Shown piece after piece: positions 52,473 through 64,000 of a stretch of 64,000 nt of DNA. Made by a program: the position numbers and the translations under genes. Position 1 is the first letter of the stretch. Each line of letters begins with the position of its first letter. This DNA is from Schizosaccharomyces osmophilus (Eukaryota). Below the pieces are notes generated by a model, which was not told the DNA's origin, did not search any database, and saw only the letters and a list, made by a program, of their open reading frames with translations. Where the stretch lies: the NCBI RefSeq assembly GCF_027921745.1, contig NC_079238.1:496001-560000 (forward strand), in the 5' to 3' direction.

Positions 52473-54176
52473 ATGAGCAACTTTGTTGGCACAGAACCCA
52501 ATTGCAATAGAACATCTGAGAAATATCTGTATTCTTCAAACAAGGACGCGTCTTCACATAAATCTTTGATTTCAAATCCATGTTCCATTGAGGATAGTCA
52601 CTCTGATACGCTACAAAGAGAGGTTACTAGTAATAGTTATAGGGACCATAATATCAACATGATCAATTCTATCAACAACCCTTTTCAAAGTCCTTCTAGA
52701 AATGTGCGAAAGGACGTATATGACTTTGATGAAGGGGATGAATTTGTCTTTGGCTCTTTAGCAATTAAGCCATCTACGCCCCAACGACTTGCCGTTACTA
52801 CGTGGACAGAAGACCAAAGAGAATGCTTAGAAGCTGCAAAGCAGATTATTAAATCTAATGTCTATTCATCTATCATTATTCGGACATATCATCCTAAACG
52901 CAAACAGCAAGAATCATCTGGAGATGTTGAGGTGGATCCAGCTACCGTCGATTCTGAAACTTCATTTGTAGTAAAGAAAAGGAAAAGTAGCTGGACGGAA
53001 GAGGATGAAACGTGGTTTCGATGCAAAATCGACGAACTCTTACAAGCGCGATCGATTTCTCCTAACCAAATGAAAGAAATCCTGGAAACTTCGGATGCTA
53101 AGACACGCTTATTTGGGTTCTTGGAGTCTGCAAGGTTGTGCTTGCAGCGCTCTGAGAACTCCTTGTTGGCGTATATGCGAGCCATTTTCGAAGTGACTGG
53201 TTATGAAAGACGATCTATTCAAGATATCGCTCTTGAAACCGCCGATTCATCGATTCCTGTCTTTGACCGTAGAGATGCCGAGTATATTCATGGCTGTGTA
53301 TTGTCATTTTGTGAAAACGAGGGCATCACGTTAGATGAATTTGGTTATCGTATATGTAATCCCAACATACGGTACACCGGACAGCAATCATTGTATAACG
53401 AAATCCTGCTAGAGATTCAAAAGGACATTGACAAAAAGTCTCTTATAAATTATATAAAATTCGTATATTGTCCGAAAAACGAACAGGAAAGCTGGAGTGA
53501 AGAAACGTCTCAGAGGCTTTATCAACTGGTAAGTGAACAAGGAACGAAGTGGAATTGGATTGCAATTCAGTTAGGTCTCCCGTCAGAAGAATGCGCCCTA
53601 CTATGGAAATTTGCAGCAAAGCCTTCTAATAGTTCTTCTGCAAAGTCTTTGACGAGCAGTTCAAAGTCCGGCTCTACAAGTTCATTTGGAGAATCTACTC
53701 GTGAGGGATCTGAATTTGATTTCAAGATCCGTTCGTCGACTGATAAGGAGAGTCTTGTGAAGACTCAAAAAGCGGAAGACCATCCCAAACCCAGTGCCGG
53801 AGATACAAATGAAGAGCCCTCGGTTACGAAATCGAAATCTGATGATAAAAATAAACAGGGAAAGAAAAAAAGTAATAAAAAGAAAAAGAAAAAAAACGCA
53901 TCCAGGTTTTATGCTGGAGATAGTTTACAGCTATTAGAGCATGTTCACACTTCTGTACCAGCGGATGCGAAAATCACAGCAGATTTGGATTGGAATCGAA
54001 TCTCAAACGTGATGTCTAAATGGACAAACGAAGAGCTTAAATTACAAACCGACAACTTAATTTCTACTGTCAAAGGATGGAAGAAAAAACCTCTTCACCA
54101 GAATATCAAAGCAGCCATTGATGAATTAAAAACTTTACCCCAAGGAACATTAAAGCAGACGAATCGGAAAAACTAA
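52473..54176 (+). CDS. eta2: Myb/Reb1-related DNA-binding protein, 567 aa
   Basis: Myb repeat WSEETSQRLYQLVSEQGTKWNWIAIQLG..W, Lys-rich NLS, and recalled synteny (spk1-eta2-pac2). Confidence 0.8.
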   Translation: MSNFVGTEPNCNRTSEKYLYSSNKDASSHKSLISNPCSIEDSHSDTLQREVTSNSYRDHNINMINSINNPFQSPSRNVRKDVYDFDEGDEFVFGSLAIKPSTPQRLAVTTWTEDQRECLEAAKQIIKSNVYSSIIIRTYHPKRKQQESSGDVEVDPATVDSETSFVVKKRKSSWTEEDETWFRCKIDELLQARSISPNQMKEILETSDAKTRLFGFLESARLCLQRSENSLLAYMRAIFEVTGYERRSIQDIALETADSSIPVFDRRDAEYIHGCVLSFCENEGITLDEFGYRICNPNIRYTGQQSLYNEILLEIQKDIDKKSLINYIKFVYCPKNEQESWSEETSQRLYQLVSEQGTKWNWIAIQLGLPSEECALLWKFAAKPSNSSSAKSLTSSSKSGSTSSFGESTREGSEFDFKIRSSTDKESLVKTQKAEDHPKPSAGDTNEEPSVTKSKSDDKNKQGKKKSNKKKKKKNASRFYAGDSLQLLEHVHTSVPADAKITADLDWNRISNVMSKWTNEELKLQTDNLISTVKGWKKKPLHQNIKAAIDELKTLPQGTLKQTNRKN

Positions 54177-55747
54177 TCTTGTTTGTTTGTTACATATTAA
54201 ATGACCCTCCTTTCACATCGTAATTTTCTTTGTTGGCCTATGTATAATCTTCCGTTGTTTACGCAAGTCTGCTGATCCCAGTGTTATTTATTTTCGTTTC
54301 TATTGATTTCATTGATGATTATGAATCGATTTTAATCTATGTCGAATAATTCATACAGAAGATGAATGAATACACGTGAAACTTCTACAAACTCTGATAT
54401 TGTTCTATTTTGATGAAACCACACAATCTAAAGTTTCGCTTTTGAAATCATGAAAAGCAAATGTATGAATGACTTTCTTCTTTTCTGAACGCTCACGAAA
54501 TGACTGTTTTAAGCCTTTGTCAGTTTGTGAATTCATTCTTATGTTTTTATAACACACGACTACAATATTCTTGCCACTGTCTCAAACAACTTTGAAACGC
54601 GCAATTCCTTTGTCAGAGGTTCTGTAGCAGTTTTAATTTTTCCCTCACAACGTCTTGTGTTTACATCATTCCTTTATAAAGGGTTGATTAACATGTCAAC
54701 GGTGGTAAAATAGTCACAAATAGAGTGGACATTACCGAAAAACGGTTACCTTCACTTTATCTCATCCATACAGTGATATAAAAATTTTTTGTGACTTGCT
54801 AATTGGTGTGTGTGCAGACTTAAGTGCACGGTGTTGTGAAGCTAAAAATTTTATAACTCGCTAAACGGGTCACTGCTCCTTCGCATATAAAACTTTTTTT
54901 AACCCTAGTATATCTACCTTTTTCCTTCGCAAACATCAGCGTTGCTTCTTAAAAAGCTGGAAATTGAGAGCTTCTTGTCACCCTTGATAAGCGTCTATTG
55001 ACGACTACTCATAGAGGCTTGGCAAAGAATTACGTTCGAAACCGTTGCTCCTGTTCGAAGTCTTTGTTGCTTTCCTAGGTTCGAGGTTAGCGTCGGCGGG
55101 TTTTTGAGTATATTTGTACGATCAAAGATTTGTTATAAAGCACACGCTTTGGCAGATCAATATATTCACGTCACCGAAAGTACAATACTAGATCGACGGG
55201 CATTTTTATTTGCTGGCCTGTCTCTTCTAATTTTGAGGTGCAGGTAAAAAAAAAAGGGTGCTGTCGAACACTTACGTACAGACTGAAGAACACGGTAGAG
55301 TTAAGATTTGCTGGTTGAGAAAAGCAACTTGAGTTAGACCTTGTTTATTATTTCTGCTTTCATTCATAAATAATTTACTCGGTCTTTCAGCTGGATTAGA
55401 AACGTTTTTGGTTGCTGAAGCTGGAACAGAAAGGTTAGTATTCGATACGAATATTTGTGTTTGAATAGTTGGAAGGTTATTGGGAATTTTCCATTTATTC
55501 ATACTGTACATATAAAGTTTTTACGGCTTGTTAAGCTGTGATTTTTCTAGTTTTGTTTCTTCTCGCGGGGTGTGGGACGAACAAACTTTTATCATCCCTT
55601 TGGTTAATTTGTTGACTTTCCAAAGAAAAAAAAAAGTTTATTTATTACAAGCATTCTTACCCTACGGTGGGTTTGTATATTGACGAGTGTTCTATTCGAT
55701 ATCTATAAGGTTTTGTTAAGCCTATTTTGATTTCAGTCACATTTATC

Positions 55748-56446
55748 ATGCAGACTTATAGCGGTGTCATCAAAACTCCGTTGGATGCCATTATCCTATT
55801 TGAGGCCTGCCGAATTGGCTTATTACCTCGAGTACAACGCCGTCTTTCTGACCACGAACGAAGCTTGATTTGCGCTGGTAGCGTATTTGTTTGGGACGAA
55901 CGGGAAGCTGGAATGCGTCGTTGGACTGATGGTAAATCATGGAGTGCTTCTCGTGTGAGTGGCTCCTTCTTAACATATCGGGAAATGGAAGGAAAACGTA
56001 AGCCTTACCAAGGAACTTCTAGTGATAGTACTGTGAAACGGTCTTCTTCAATAGACCCTCATAACTCTTTAAACTCTTTTCAACAGGACGATAGTGGTGC
56101 AGGGAGCATGAGTGACGATAGTTCTATGGATGACGAAAATATGCGTGGTTTGCATTATAAACCTAACGGTTTAATAAAACAATCCTTTAGTATCACTACG
56201 TCTTTGAACCACAAGTTACATTTGATTTCTTACTCTTCTCCCATTCCAGATCCTTCCCTTGTTTCACCATCTTGTGATGTGAACTTGTCACGAATCACGA
56301 TTCCTTATGGTTTGTATCCTGATGCTGGCCCACCGCTTGTGCAAGCACCCAAGTTCCTCGCTCCTTATGATATACCCGTGGAAAAGGTTGCTTGTAGTGA
56401 GGATGCTCGGGTTCTGGACAAACTTCGCCAAGCATTATGGTTGTAA
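55748..56446 (+). CDS. pac2: Gti1/Pac2 (WOPR) family regulator, 232 aa
   Basis: MQTYSG, RWTDGKSWSASR, FLTYRE, GLIKQSFS, HLISY. Confidence 0.95.
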   Translation: MQTYSGVIKTPLDAIILFEACRIGLLPRVQRRLSDHERSLICAGSVFVWDEREAGMRRWTDGKSWSASRVSGSFLTYREMEGKRKPYQGTSSDSTVKRSSSIDPHNSLNSFQQDDSGAGSMSDDSSMDDENMRGLHYKPNGLIKQSFSITTSLNHKLHLISYSSPIPDPSLVSPSCDVNLSRITIPYGLYPDAGPPLVQAPKFLAPYDIPVEKVACSEDARVLDKLRQALWL

Positions 56447-57908
56447 GAATTCTTACTCCAAAGATTGTTTAGCATGTTGTTGAACAGTCTCTATTTTATA
56501 CTGCAGATGCATGATTTGAAACTGTTTAGATAATTTACCATACAAAGCGGGAGTTTTGTATGCTTATAATACTTTAGTATCTATCCAACTTGTTTCTGTG
56601 GTGAATGTCGGTTCATGGCATTCGTTCGTTTAATTGTTTTTTAAATGTTTAGATCTTAGGTTTTTTCCTAATAACTGTTAACAAAAGTTAGTTTATAGAT
56701 GTTTCGATACAGATAGAAAAAATTTTAACGGCAGATTGTATTTCTAACTTTTCATGAAAATTATGAAAATGGAAATGCAACATAATTTTTTATATCAAAA
56801 GATTTTATGGAAAGATGTGATGTTTCCATTCGTTGTTTATGCGTAGGAACAAACGTTTGTTTAGTTTAGAGGCAGCAGGAGAAATCGCCAAATACGGAAA
56901 GCAGAAATCAGGCGCTGAATGATCCTAACGAATATATTGGATTTCTGTGTCTTCAAAGTGAAAGAACGAATAAATTTATCTAGCTAATTTCGAAGAAGTT
57001 TTACATAAATCATGGTAAACACAACTTGTGTCTCGTGAAATTGGATGTGCTCTAAAACTGGTCAATTTCAAGATTGACTCTTGCGGGAGAGACTTGGAAG
57101 CTAAAGCCACTACAATTTGTCCTATTCATAAACTCTACAAAGGGAAATCCAAGTTATAGCTGGCTATAACAAGCAGTATTTTTTTCTACTGTGTGTAAAC
57201 ACTGTTCAACTAGGATGCAGTATGCCGAATGTTATGTTATTTTATATATGTCTTTATTATTCCACTACAACTACGTAACTTTGGTTGTAAAAGAATTAAA
57301 TTTATGTGTGCTCTATATAAATCCAATATATAGTAAAAACAGGAGATGAACTAAGAGTAAAATGACAGAAAGACCAGATAATTATAAAAACGTAGGAAGA
57401 AAAATAACATACAAGAGAAATACCAGGCATCCTTTCCTAAAACCAGGACTATCTCAAGGGAAAACCGTTGACTTCAGCCGTGAACATTGAAACGAATGTA
57501 AAGAATAGTAATAAATAGAGTTATGGAATAGTTTCTTTAAATAAACAAAGAAAGAAAGAGTTACATATTTAGACTTTTCAGACGATCAAACATCAAAAGT
57601 TCGGATATTAAGACTTTTCCTGAAGCATATATATTACAGTAACAACAAAGGCAATTTGGAATTATTCGGGAAGCAGAGCATGTCTTTCTTTCTTTTAATT
57701 ATACAAGGGCATTCACAATAAAGAAATTAATAAGCAAAAAGATTGGAGTATGCTTCAATCGTTGTCTTGTAACCATTAGACGAAACTAGGTTCAAAAAGG
57801 AAAAAATAATATAAAATTCTATCATCAAAAACGGAAAGCAAGAGGGATGTCGGAAGGTGAAACAAGGGAATAAAACATAAACGAGGGAAAGGAGAAAGTA
57901 ATAACGAT

Positions 57909-59005
57909 TTACTCGTCCATATTGGCTACCCAATCGTCCTCAAAATCACTGGGTTCGCCATCCTCTGGAACCGGCGTTAGGACAGATTCATCTTCGTTTG
58001 CATACTGGTTTTGATACGTGCCCTCTTTTCCAAGACCATGAAGGGAAAAATAGAGCATACGTTTCATATTCTTGTTGAAGAAAAAGTATGACATGCTCCA
58101 AATCAAAGCTTCGTCTCCATAAGGATCGCTATCGCTGTCGGGAGTATAAGAGTAGATATTACATTCTGAAAGGTTGATATGTCGGTCTACTGTCTCCCAA
58201 AGTTTGTTTACACTTATTCTACCGCGACCCATGCCATTGATGGTTGCATTCACACTGTCCAAAACCCGTGAAAGCAAAGGTTCTTTGTAAAAGTCTGTCG
58301 GCTGGAGAGTACTAAAGTCATGATCAGGATGAGAGGCATTTAGAGTAGCTACAATATACATAAACGTGCGACGCGAAGAGGACTGATCGAGGGGTCCGAA
58401 AGGGCTCTGTTGTGTCCAACTGAAAGCAACTTCAGGGGATTTGCTACTTGAAAAAGCAAGCATATCCTCTTGGCACCGCGTCTCAATGGCCTTGTATAAC
58501 TTTTTATCCGAACCGGTAGACTAGAAAGACGGTTAGAGAACCATTGAAAAAAAATAAAAGAATTGTAAGAAAAGTTAACATCAGCACTCTGGGGGGGTTG
58601 TTCGATGGAAACGATCACGAACTAAGAAGAAAAGAAAAGGCAACATCTCAATCTGCACGCGTTTCCACAACCTCTGCCACATCGAGGATAAGAACTGCAA
58701 ACGACTCGGAAGATTGAACGCGTTTCTTGACGAAACGGCAGTGTAGTTAGTACAAACCCTCGACCTTCATCCATAATCGTTTTCCAGAAAAACCGGCGTT
58801 TGACACGTTTCTTTCGTTTTCTTTTAAAAATTTGTTCTTTTACTTACTTTTGTTGTGTAGATTTCGCATTTCCCATGTATCCGGCAATCGTCAGCATCAA
58901 ATGACAACGCGTTGTTGATCGCGTCAAGTTCGGCAAGTTCAAGAAACTGCACATCATGTTTGCATTAGCAATTCATGTTCCAAACATCAATTCTATTACC
59001 TTCAT
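57909..59005 (-). CDS. maf1: RNA polymerase III repressor Maf1, 238 aa; complement(join(57909..58520,58848..58946,59000..59005))
   Basis: MK|FLELAELDAINNALSF..CEIYTTK|STGSDKKLYK, TLNASHPDHDFS, WSMSYFFFNK. Introns are 53 nt and 327 nt with canonical signals. Confidence 0.93.
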
Positions 59006-59600
59006 AGCAATGTTTTCTAATGTTTACTTGCTTTCTTTTGTTTCTTATTGTTGGTTAAGGGCAGACAATTGTAGTGATGAAACACACGACGTCAGTTGTC
59101 ACTCGTCCTTACAGTAAGTTTCCTTATCTATTATAGTGCTTCATAATGATATTGACCGAGCTGAACGGAAAAGTGCGAAGTAATATATTGCATAATGGAA
59201 CGCAAAGCGCTTTTGGAGAAGTTCCAAATGTAAATAAATAAAGGAAACGAATAAATAAACTAACTAAACAGTAAAAATGTGTCTTAAAACAGAGCCTTTT
59301 GGTCTTAAACTAAGTCTAAAAATATAAAAAATAAAACTTGTCCATAAAATAAACAAATAGTCTTTTAGTGGCCACATATGGAATTCATTGTCGCTTTCTT
59401 TTCCTCCTGGCAGAAAATCCGTCATGAAGGAATCAACTACTATACATTTGTTTAATAAAAAAAACGTCTTGAATAAATGAAGCACGACAGAAGCAATTCA
59501 ATGGATTTCTCGGTATTGATAACCCAACCCACCTTCAGCGCAGTATAGTATATTATATAGGATATGACATGCCTTGGGGACACTTTCCTTTACGCATGCC

Positions 59601-59960
59601 ATGGACTTTGCAGGCGGCTCATTAAAACTAAAGAATGTCAAGAAAAAGCCGTTGAAAAAGAAAAAGAAAAGCTCTAAAAAACTTAGCGAAAAAGCTGATC
59701 AATATATGGCAGCTGAAGACGATGATTCCAAGAAGAAAAATCCATCAGACTATCAAATGCTACGAGTTTCAGAATCCCAAGATGAAGCAAGGGATTCGAC
59801 GGAAGCTGAACGACAATTCGAAGCTATTCAGGAGAAGCGGCTTCTGGAAAAAGCCCAAAAGGAGCGATTCAAGACTCATAAAGACAGAGTGGATGATTAC
59901 AATCGACTATTGGGGAATCAGTCAGAACACTTTGAAATGCCAAAGATTGGCCCAGGCTAA
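59601..59960 (+). CDS. FAM32A-family nuclear protein, 119 aa
   Basis: GGSLKLK, TEAERQF, THKDRVDDYN..SEHFEMPKIGPG. Confidence 0.88.
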   Translation: MDFAGGSLKLKNVKKKPLKKKKKSSKKLSEKADQYMAAEDDDSKKKNPSDYQMLRVSESQDEARDSTEAERQFEAIQEKRLLEKAQKERFKTHKDRVDDYNRLLGNQSEHFEMPKIGPG

Positions 59961-60608
59961 ATAAAACGCTTCTTCTTTCTCTTTGCCTTCCTTTCTTTGC
60001 CTCCTCTCTTCCCTTTCTTGTTTTCTTTACTTTTTTTACTTTTTTTCTATTTAATGAAATGAAATGATGACTGTAAATGGTTTAACGAAAAGGAGCTTAT
60101 GGTCGTAATATAGTGTATGATATATAAGTTTGGACATCGTAAAAACTAGTTAAGGTACTCGTTAGACATCAAATAAACACATTGTCGCAATATAAAAAAA
60201 TTACGAAATAGTACACAAGAGCACGTAAAATGCAAATGGGAGGGTTAGTGAGAGTACTAGCCTTTCCATGGTCATAGCTGGAAACAGCGAAACCTGTGCA
60301 TTACCAACAACAGTAGCAGTGTAGGTGAAGAACTTTGTCCATCCCATTTTTGTTTGTTTGGACTCTCTGTTTTTTCTACGATACCTTTTTAAATTTTTTA
60401 CAAGAAACCATTTCCGAACAGAAGGAGCTAAAAGCGACTCTTTTCGACCAAGTGATACGTAAAGTCGTCTTTTCTGTTGATTTCTCGGATTTTGCTTTCT
60501 AAACTCTACCAACTAAGACGCTATAGATATTCTATTTGATACGTGCTTTCATAGAAGCATACACCTTTTCCTCTTTAAGTTCAATATATTCTTTGCCATA
60601 TTTTCATA

Positions 60609-61535
60609 ATGGAGTCCTTACAGCGTTTGTTACAGGGAGCACGCATGGGTGCTGGTGTCATGGGCGACCAGCCTCTTGTTGATAATTCGGAATGCGTTTA
60701 TATCTCGTCCCTCGCGCTTCTGAAAATGCTTCGTCACGGTCGCCACGGTACTCCCATGGAAGTTATGGGTTTGATGTTGGGCGAATTCGTGGACGATTTT
60801 ACTGTTCGTGTCGTTGATGTGTTTGCCATGCCCCAGTCAGGTACTGGTGTTAGTGTAGAAGCCGTGGACCCTGTTTTCCAAAAAAACATGATGGATATGC
60901 TCAAACAAACTGGTCGACCCGAAATGGTGGTCGGTTGGTATCACTCTCACCCTGGTTTTGGTTGCTGGCTTTCTAGTGTGGATATCAATACTCAACAATC
61001 TTTTGAACAATTGACTCCTCGCGCTGTCGCTGTCGTTGTAGATCCCATTCAATCCGTCAAAGGTAAAGTTGTCATCGATGCTTTTCGCTTAATTAATCCT
61101 TCCACTTTAATGATGGGTCAAGAGCCCAGACAAACGACCTCCAACTTAGGTCACATCAATAAACCCAGCATCCAAGCTCTCATCCACGGTTTGGGAAGGC
61201 ATTATTACTCTCTCCGCATCAATTATAAAAAGACTGAATTGGAAGAACTTATGCTTTTGAATCTTCACAAGCAGCCTTGGGCTCACGGCCTTTTGTTGGA
61301 CAATTTTGATACTTCTGCCAACAAAAATCAAGCTACTATGGAACGCATGAAATCTCTTTCTGAACAATATACAGAGCGTGTTCAGAATGAAATTTCCTTG
61401 ACTCCTGAGCAACTTCGAATCCAGTATGTCGGTAAACAAGATCCCAAAAAGCATTTGGATGCCGAAGTCTCCCAGTGTATCGATACAAACATTTCTTCCA
61501 TGTTGGCTGGCATGTTAGATTCTGTTGTATTTTAA
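60609..61535 (+). CDS. rpn11: 19S proteasome lid deubiquitinase Rpn11/Pad1, 308 aa
   Basis: [12 protein letters not shown] motif [16 protein letters not shown]. Confidence 0.97.
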   Translation: MESLQRLLQGARMGAGVMGDQPLVDNSECVYISSLALLKMLRHGRHGTPMEVMGLMLGEFVDDFTVRVVDVFAMPQSGTGVSVEAVDPVFQKNMMDMLKQTGRPEMVVGWYHSHPGFGCWLSSVDINTQQSFEQLTPRAVAVVVDPIQSVKGKVVIDAFRLINPSTLMMGQEPRQTTSNLGHINKPSIQALIHGLGRHYYSLRINYKKTELEELMLLNLHKQPWAHGLLLDNFDTSANKNQATMERMKSLSEQYTERVQNEISLTPEQLRIQYVGKQDPKKHLDAEVSQCIDTNISSMLAGMLDSVVF

Positions 61536-62318
61536 TGGTTATTCTTTTTATGTCAAAAAATCGATTTTCGTGTTTTTATGAGTTGCTCTTTTCAGTTATT
61601 GAACCACGAATTCGTAGCTTCGAACTCTTTTCATAAGCTATAAGCATGATGATGGTCATGAAACAAGAATCCTATGTAACGTTTTGTTCTATAAGGACGT
61701 GATTATTTGTTTTAGAAATCTACCTTAGTTATACTACCCACTATGTTGACTTGAGACAGACGAATTCCCAAAGTACGCTAGTGTTTTAGATTCCTTTTCA
61801 AGGTGCTTTTGGTGTCTCTATAATTATGTAAGGTAATTAGAAAATACGAATTAAATCTTTCTTAAACATTGTACAGTTTCATTCCTTCTTTCTCCCTTTC
61901 TGCACTTGTCTTCTACAGTGGGATTTTATTTACATTTTTCTTTTGGCAATCGTACCAGTCATGTAATTGATCTCATGATTCAATTGTTTCGTTTAGACAT
62001 TTTTACAATGCTCCCTTAATCCAATGTTATTGGGGTGTTTTGGTAAAAATTTAAGCTTGATAAGTCTCGTACTTCTTTTTCCGAAGATCTCATCTCAGGT
62101 CGAAAGGCATTCCCATACGACTACTTATATCTCTATATTAGACATTGCCATTTGAAACCCGCCCAACTTGCTTGCATACAAAACAAAGTATAATTTTTAT
62201 TAAACTGTTGTTGACGCTACATCAGAAACACGTTATTGAAATTGCCAAATTTAGGTATTGTTTTATTGATAAGTAGAAACTTTTGGTATTGTAAAACATA
62301 CTTTGAGCTCGATTGAAT

Positions 62319-63488
62319 ATGGTTACTTCTATAAAATCCCGTGTTCTTCCCTCTGTTATCAAAAGAGCCAGCTCTTCTTCAACTGCTTTAAAGCATACTC
62401 CTTTGTACGATCTTCATGTCAATGCAGGTGCTACCATCGTACCGTTCGCTGGATTCAGCATGCCTTTACAATATAAGGACCAAACAATCAGCACAAGCCA
62501 CAGATGGACCCGTGAGCATTCTGGCTTGTTTGATGTAAGCCATATGGTTCAGTGGTTTATTCGTGGTGAGAATGCCTCTGCGTATCTAGAAAGTATTACA
62601 CCATCATCTTTAAAAGAACTTGCTCCATTCCATTCTACTTTGAGCGCTTTTACCAACGAACAAGGCGGCATCATTGATGATACAATTATCGCTAAGCATG
62701 ATGACAATACATACTATATTGTCACTAACGCTGCATGCAGCGAAAAAGATGAAGCTAATTTAAAAAAGCATCTTGAGAACTGGAACGGTGTCGAACTTGA
62801 ACGTGTACAAGATCGTGCACTAATTGCGATCCAAGGCCCCGAAACCGCAACTGTTATTCAAAGCCTTGCATCCTCTTATGATTTTTCAGCGCTTAAATTT
62901 GGCCAATCCGCTTATGTTGATATCAAGGGTATCCAGTGTCTGGTCTCTCGTGGTGGTTATACTGGTGAAGATGGATTTGAAATTTCTGTCCCCGCCGATG
63001 CCTCTCTAGATTTAGCTCAAAGCATTTTAGCTAACAAAAATGTACGCCCGATTGGTCTAGGAGCTCGCGATACTTTGCGCCTGGAAGCAGGTATGTGCTT
63101 ATACGGCAGCGACATTGATGACACTACATCTCCTGTTGAGGGCTCCTTATCTTGGATTATTGGAAAACGTAGAAGGGAAGAAAAAAACTTTGTCGGCAGC
63201 AGCCGTATCTTAAAAGAAATCAAAGAAGGTGCTTCTCGCCGCCGTGTGGGTTTCATGATCGAAAATGCTCCTGCCCGCCATGGTAGCATCGTTGAAATTG
63301 ACGGTGTTCAAGTTGGCAACATTACCTCTGGATGTCCTTCCCCTACCCTTGGCAAAAACATTGGTATGGGTTACATTACTACTGGGTTCCATAAGACTGG
63401 TACCTCGGTACATGTAAAGGTTCGTAATAAGCTTCAACCCGCTACGGTAGTTCGTATGCCTTTCGTTCCCTCCAAATATCACAGGTAG
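62319..63488 (+). CDS. gcv1: Glycine cleavage system T protein, mitochondrial, 389 aa
   Basis: LFDVSHM, GGIIDD, GYTGEDGFEI, GARDTLRLEAG. ATG at 62319. Confidence 0.96.
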   Translation: MVTSIKSRVLPSVIKRASSSSTALKHTPLYDLHVNAGATIVPFAGFSMPLQYKDQTISTSHRWTREHSGLFDVSHMVQWFIRGENASAYLESITPSSLKELAPFHSTLSAFTNEQGGIIDDTIIAKHDDNTYYIVTNAACSEKDEANLKKHLENWNGVELERVQDRALIAIQGPETATVIQSLASSYDFSALKFGQSAYVDIKGIQCLVSRGGYTGEDGFEISVPADASLDLAQSILANKNVRPIGLGARDTLRLEAGMCLYGSDIDDTTSPVEGSLSWIIGKRRREEKNFVGSSRILKEIKEGASRRRVGFMIENAPARHGSIVEIDGVQVGNITSGCPSPTLGKNIGMGYITTGFHKTGTSVHVKVRNKLQPATVVRMPFVPSKYHR

Positions 63489-64000
63489 TAACTTGTCCTT
63501 GGTCTCCATTCATTTCTTTTACCTAACGCACTCCCCATTTCCCTTCCACTTCTAATTTTTTGCTAATCCGTTTCCTATTCATTTTGATTGAAATTGAGTT
63601 TTAATCCTGTTTTTCTTTTATTCGCTTCAGCTTGTTATTTCCTGATCAGTTTGTTGACTGTTTCCCTCTTATGGATTAGTTTTACAACGTTATGAATAGT
63701 CTGCTTTTTTTTTCTAATTACAATAAGAATGGATGGTAATGATTTATAAATATATGAACTTTCTATAAAACGCTACCTTGGATTAAATTTGACTTTGTTT
63801 TCGGCGCTTCGTGAAACAGCTAACAAGACGTTACCTGACGTAATTCAACTTCCAACTGAATAGGAAAAACGTAAACTTGTTTTTCGCATCATTTAGGAAG
63901 CGTCTTTTCGAATATCTTGCTTTTTATTAATATAAATGGTTCGTTTTTTTACCCTAATATCCAATATTTTTACTCTATAACGTTCACTGTCAATTCTCTT

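Noticed and set aside
55034..55086. Three GTTCGA B-box-like motifs suggesting a tRNA or TFIIIC site
   Set aside because: No A-box or cloverleaf could be built and the matches are imperfect; no tRNA or rRNA gene was recognised in the window.

Overview
Eukaryotic, AT-rich DNA from a fission yeast (Schizosaccharomyces). It has short GT..CTAAC..YAG introns, HomolD/E and TR-box promoters, and is most likely from the octosporus/cryophilus/osmophilus clade rather than S. pombe. The right part (40.5-63.5 kb) is a housekeeping block in the gene order I recall for S. pombe SPAC31G5: sap49, rot1, rps11, lys12, rpe1, rrg8, dni1, ups1, spk1, eta2, pac2, maf1, FAM32A, rpn11, gcv1. The left ~40 kb is an accessory catabolism/detoxification region: copper amine oxidase, ammonium transporter, four oxidoreductases, alpha-mannosidase, PDR transporter, alpha-glucosidase, Hsp31 glyoxalase, FMN hydroxy-acid oxidase and mca1. 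Best candidate for an undescribed system (1-4749): a Zn2Cys6 regulator beside a head-to-head pair made of a divergent Ach1-type CoA-transferase and a second, Hem1-derived alpha-oxoamine synthase. The synthase keeps its PLP catalytic residues but has lost both classical ALAS specificity residues (succinyl-binding Arg->His, glycine-gate Thr->Ser). A TTTCGG-N10-CCGAAA site lies exactly midway between the two ATGs. Two genes missed by the ORF track were also found: the TF itself and a spliced 44-aa M-factor pheromone gene with a variant peptide (W-YQPKPPGMC-VIS). Ortholog names and S. pombe comparisons are from memory; no database search was run.
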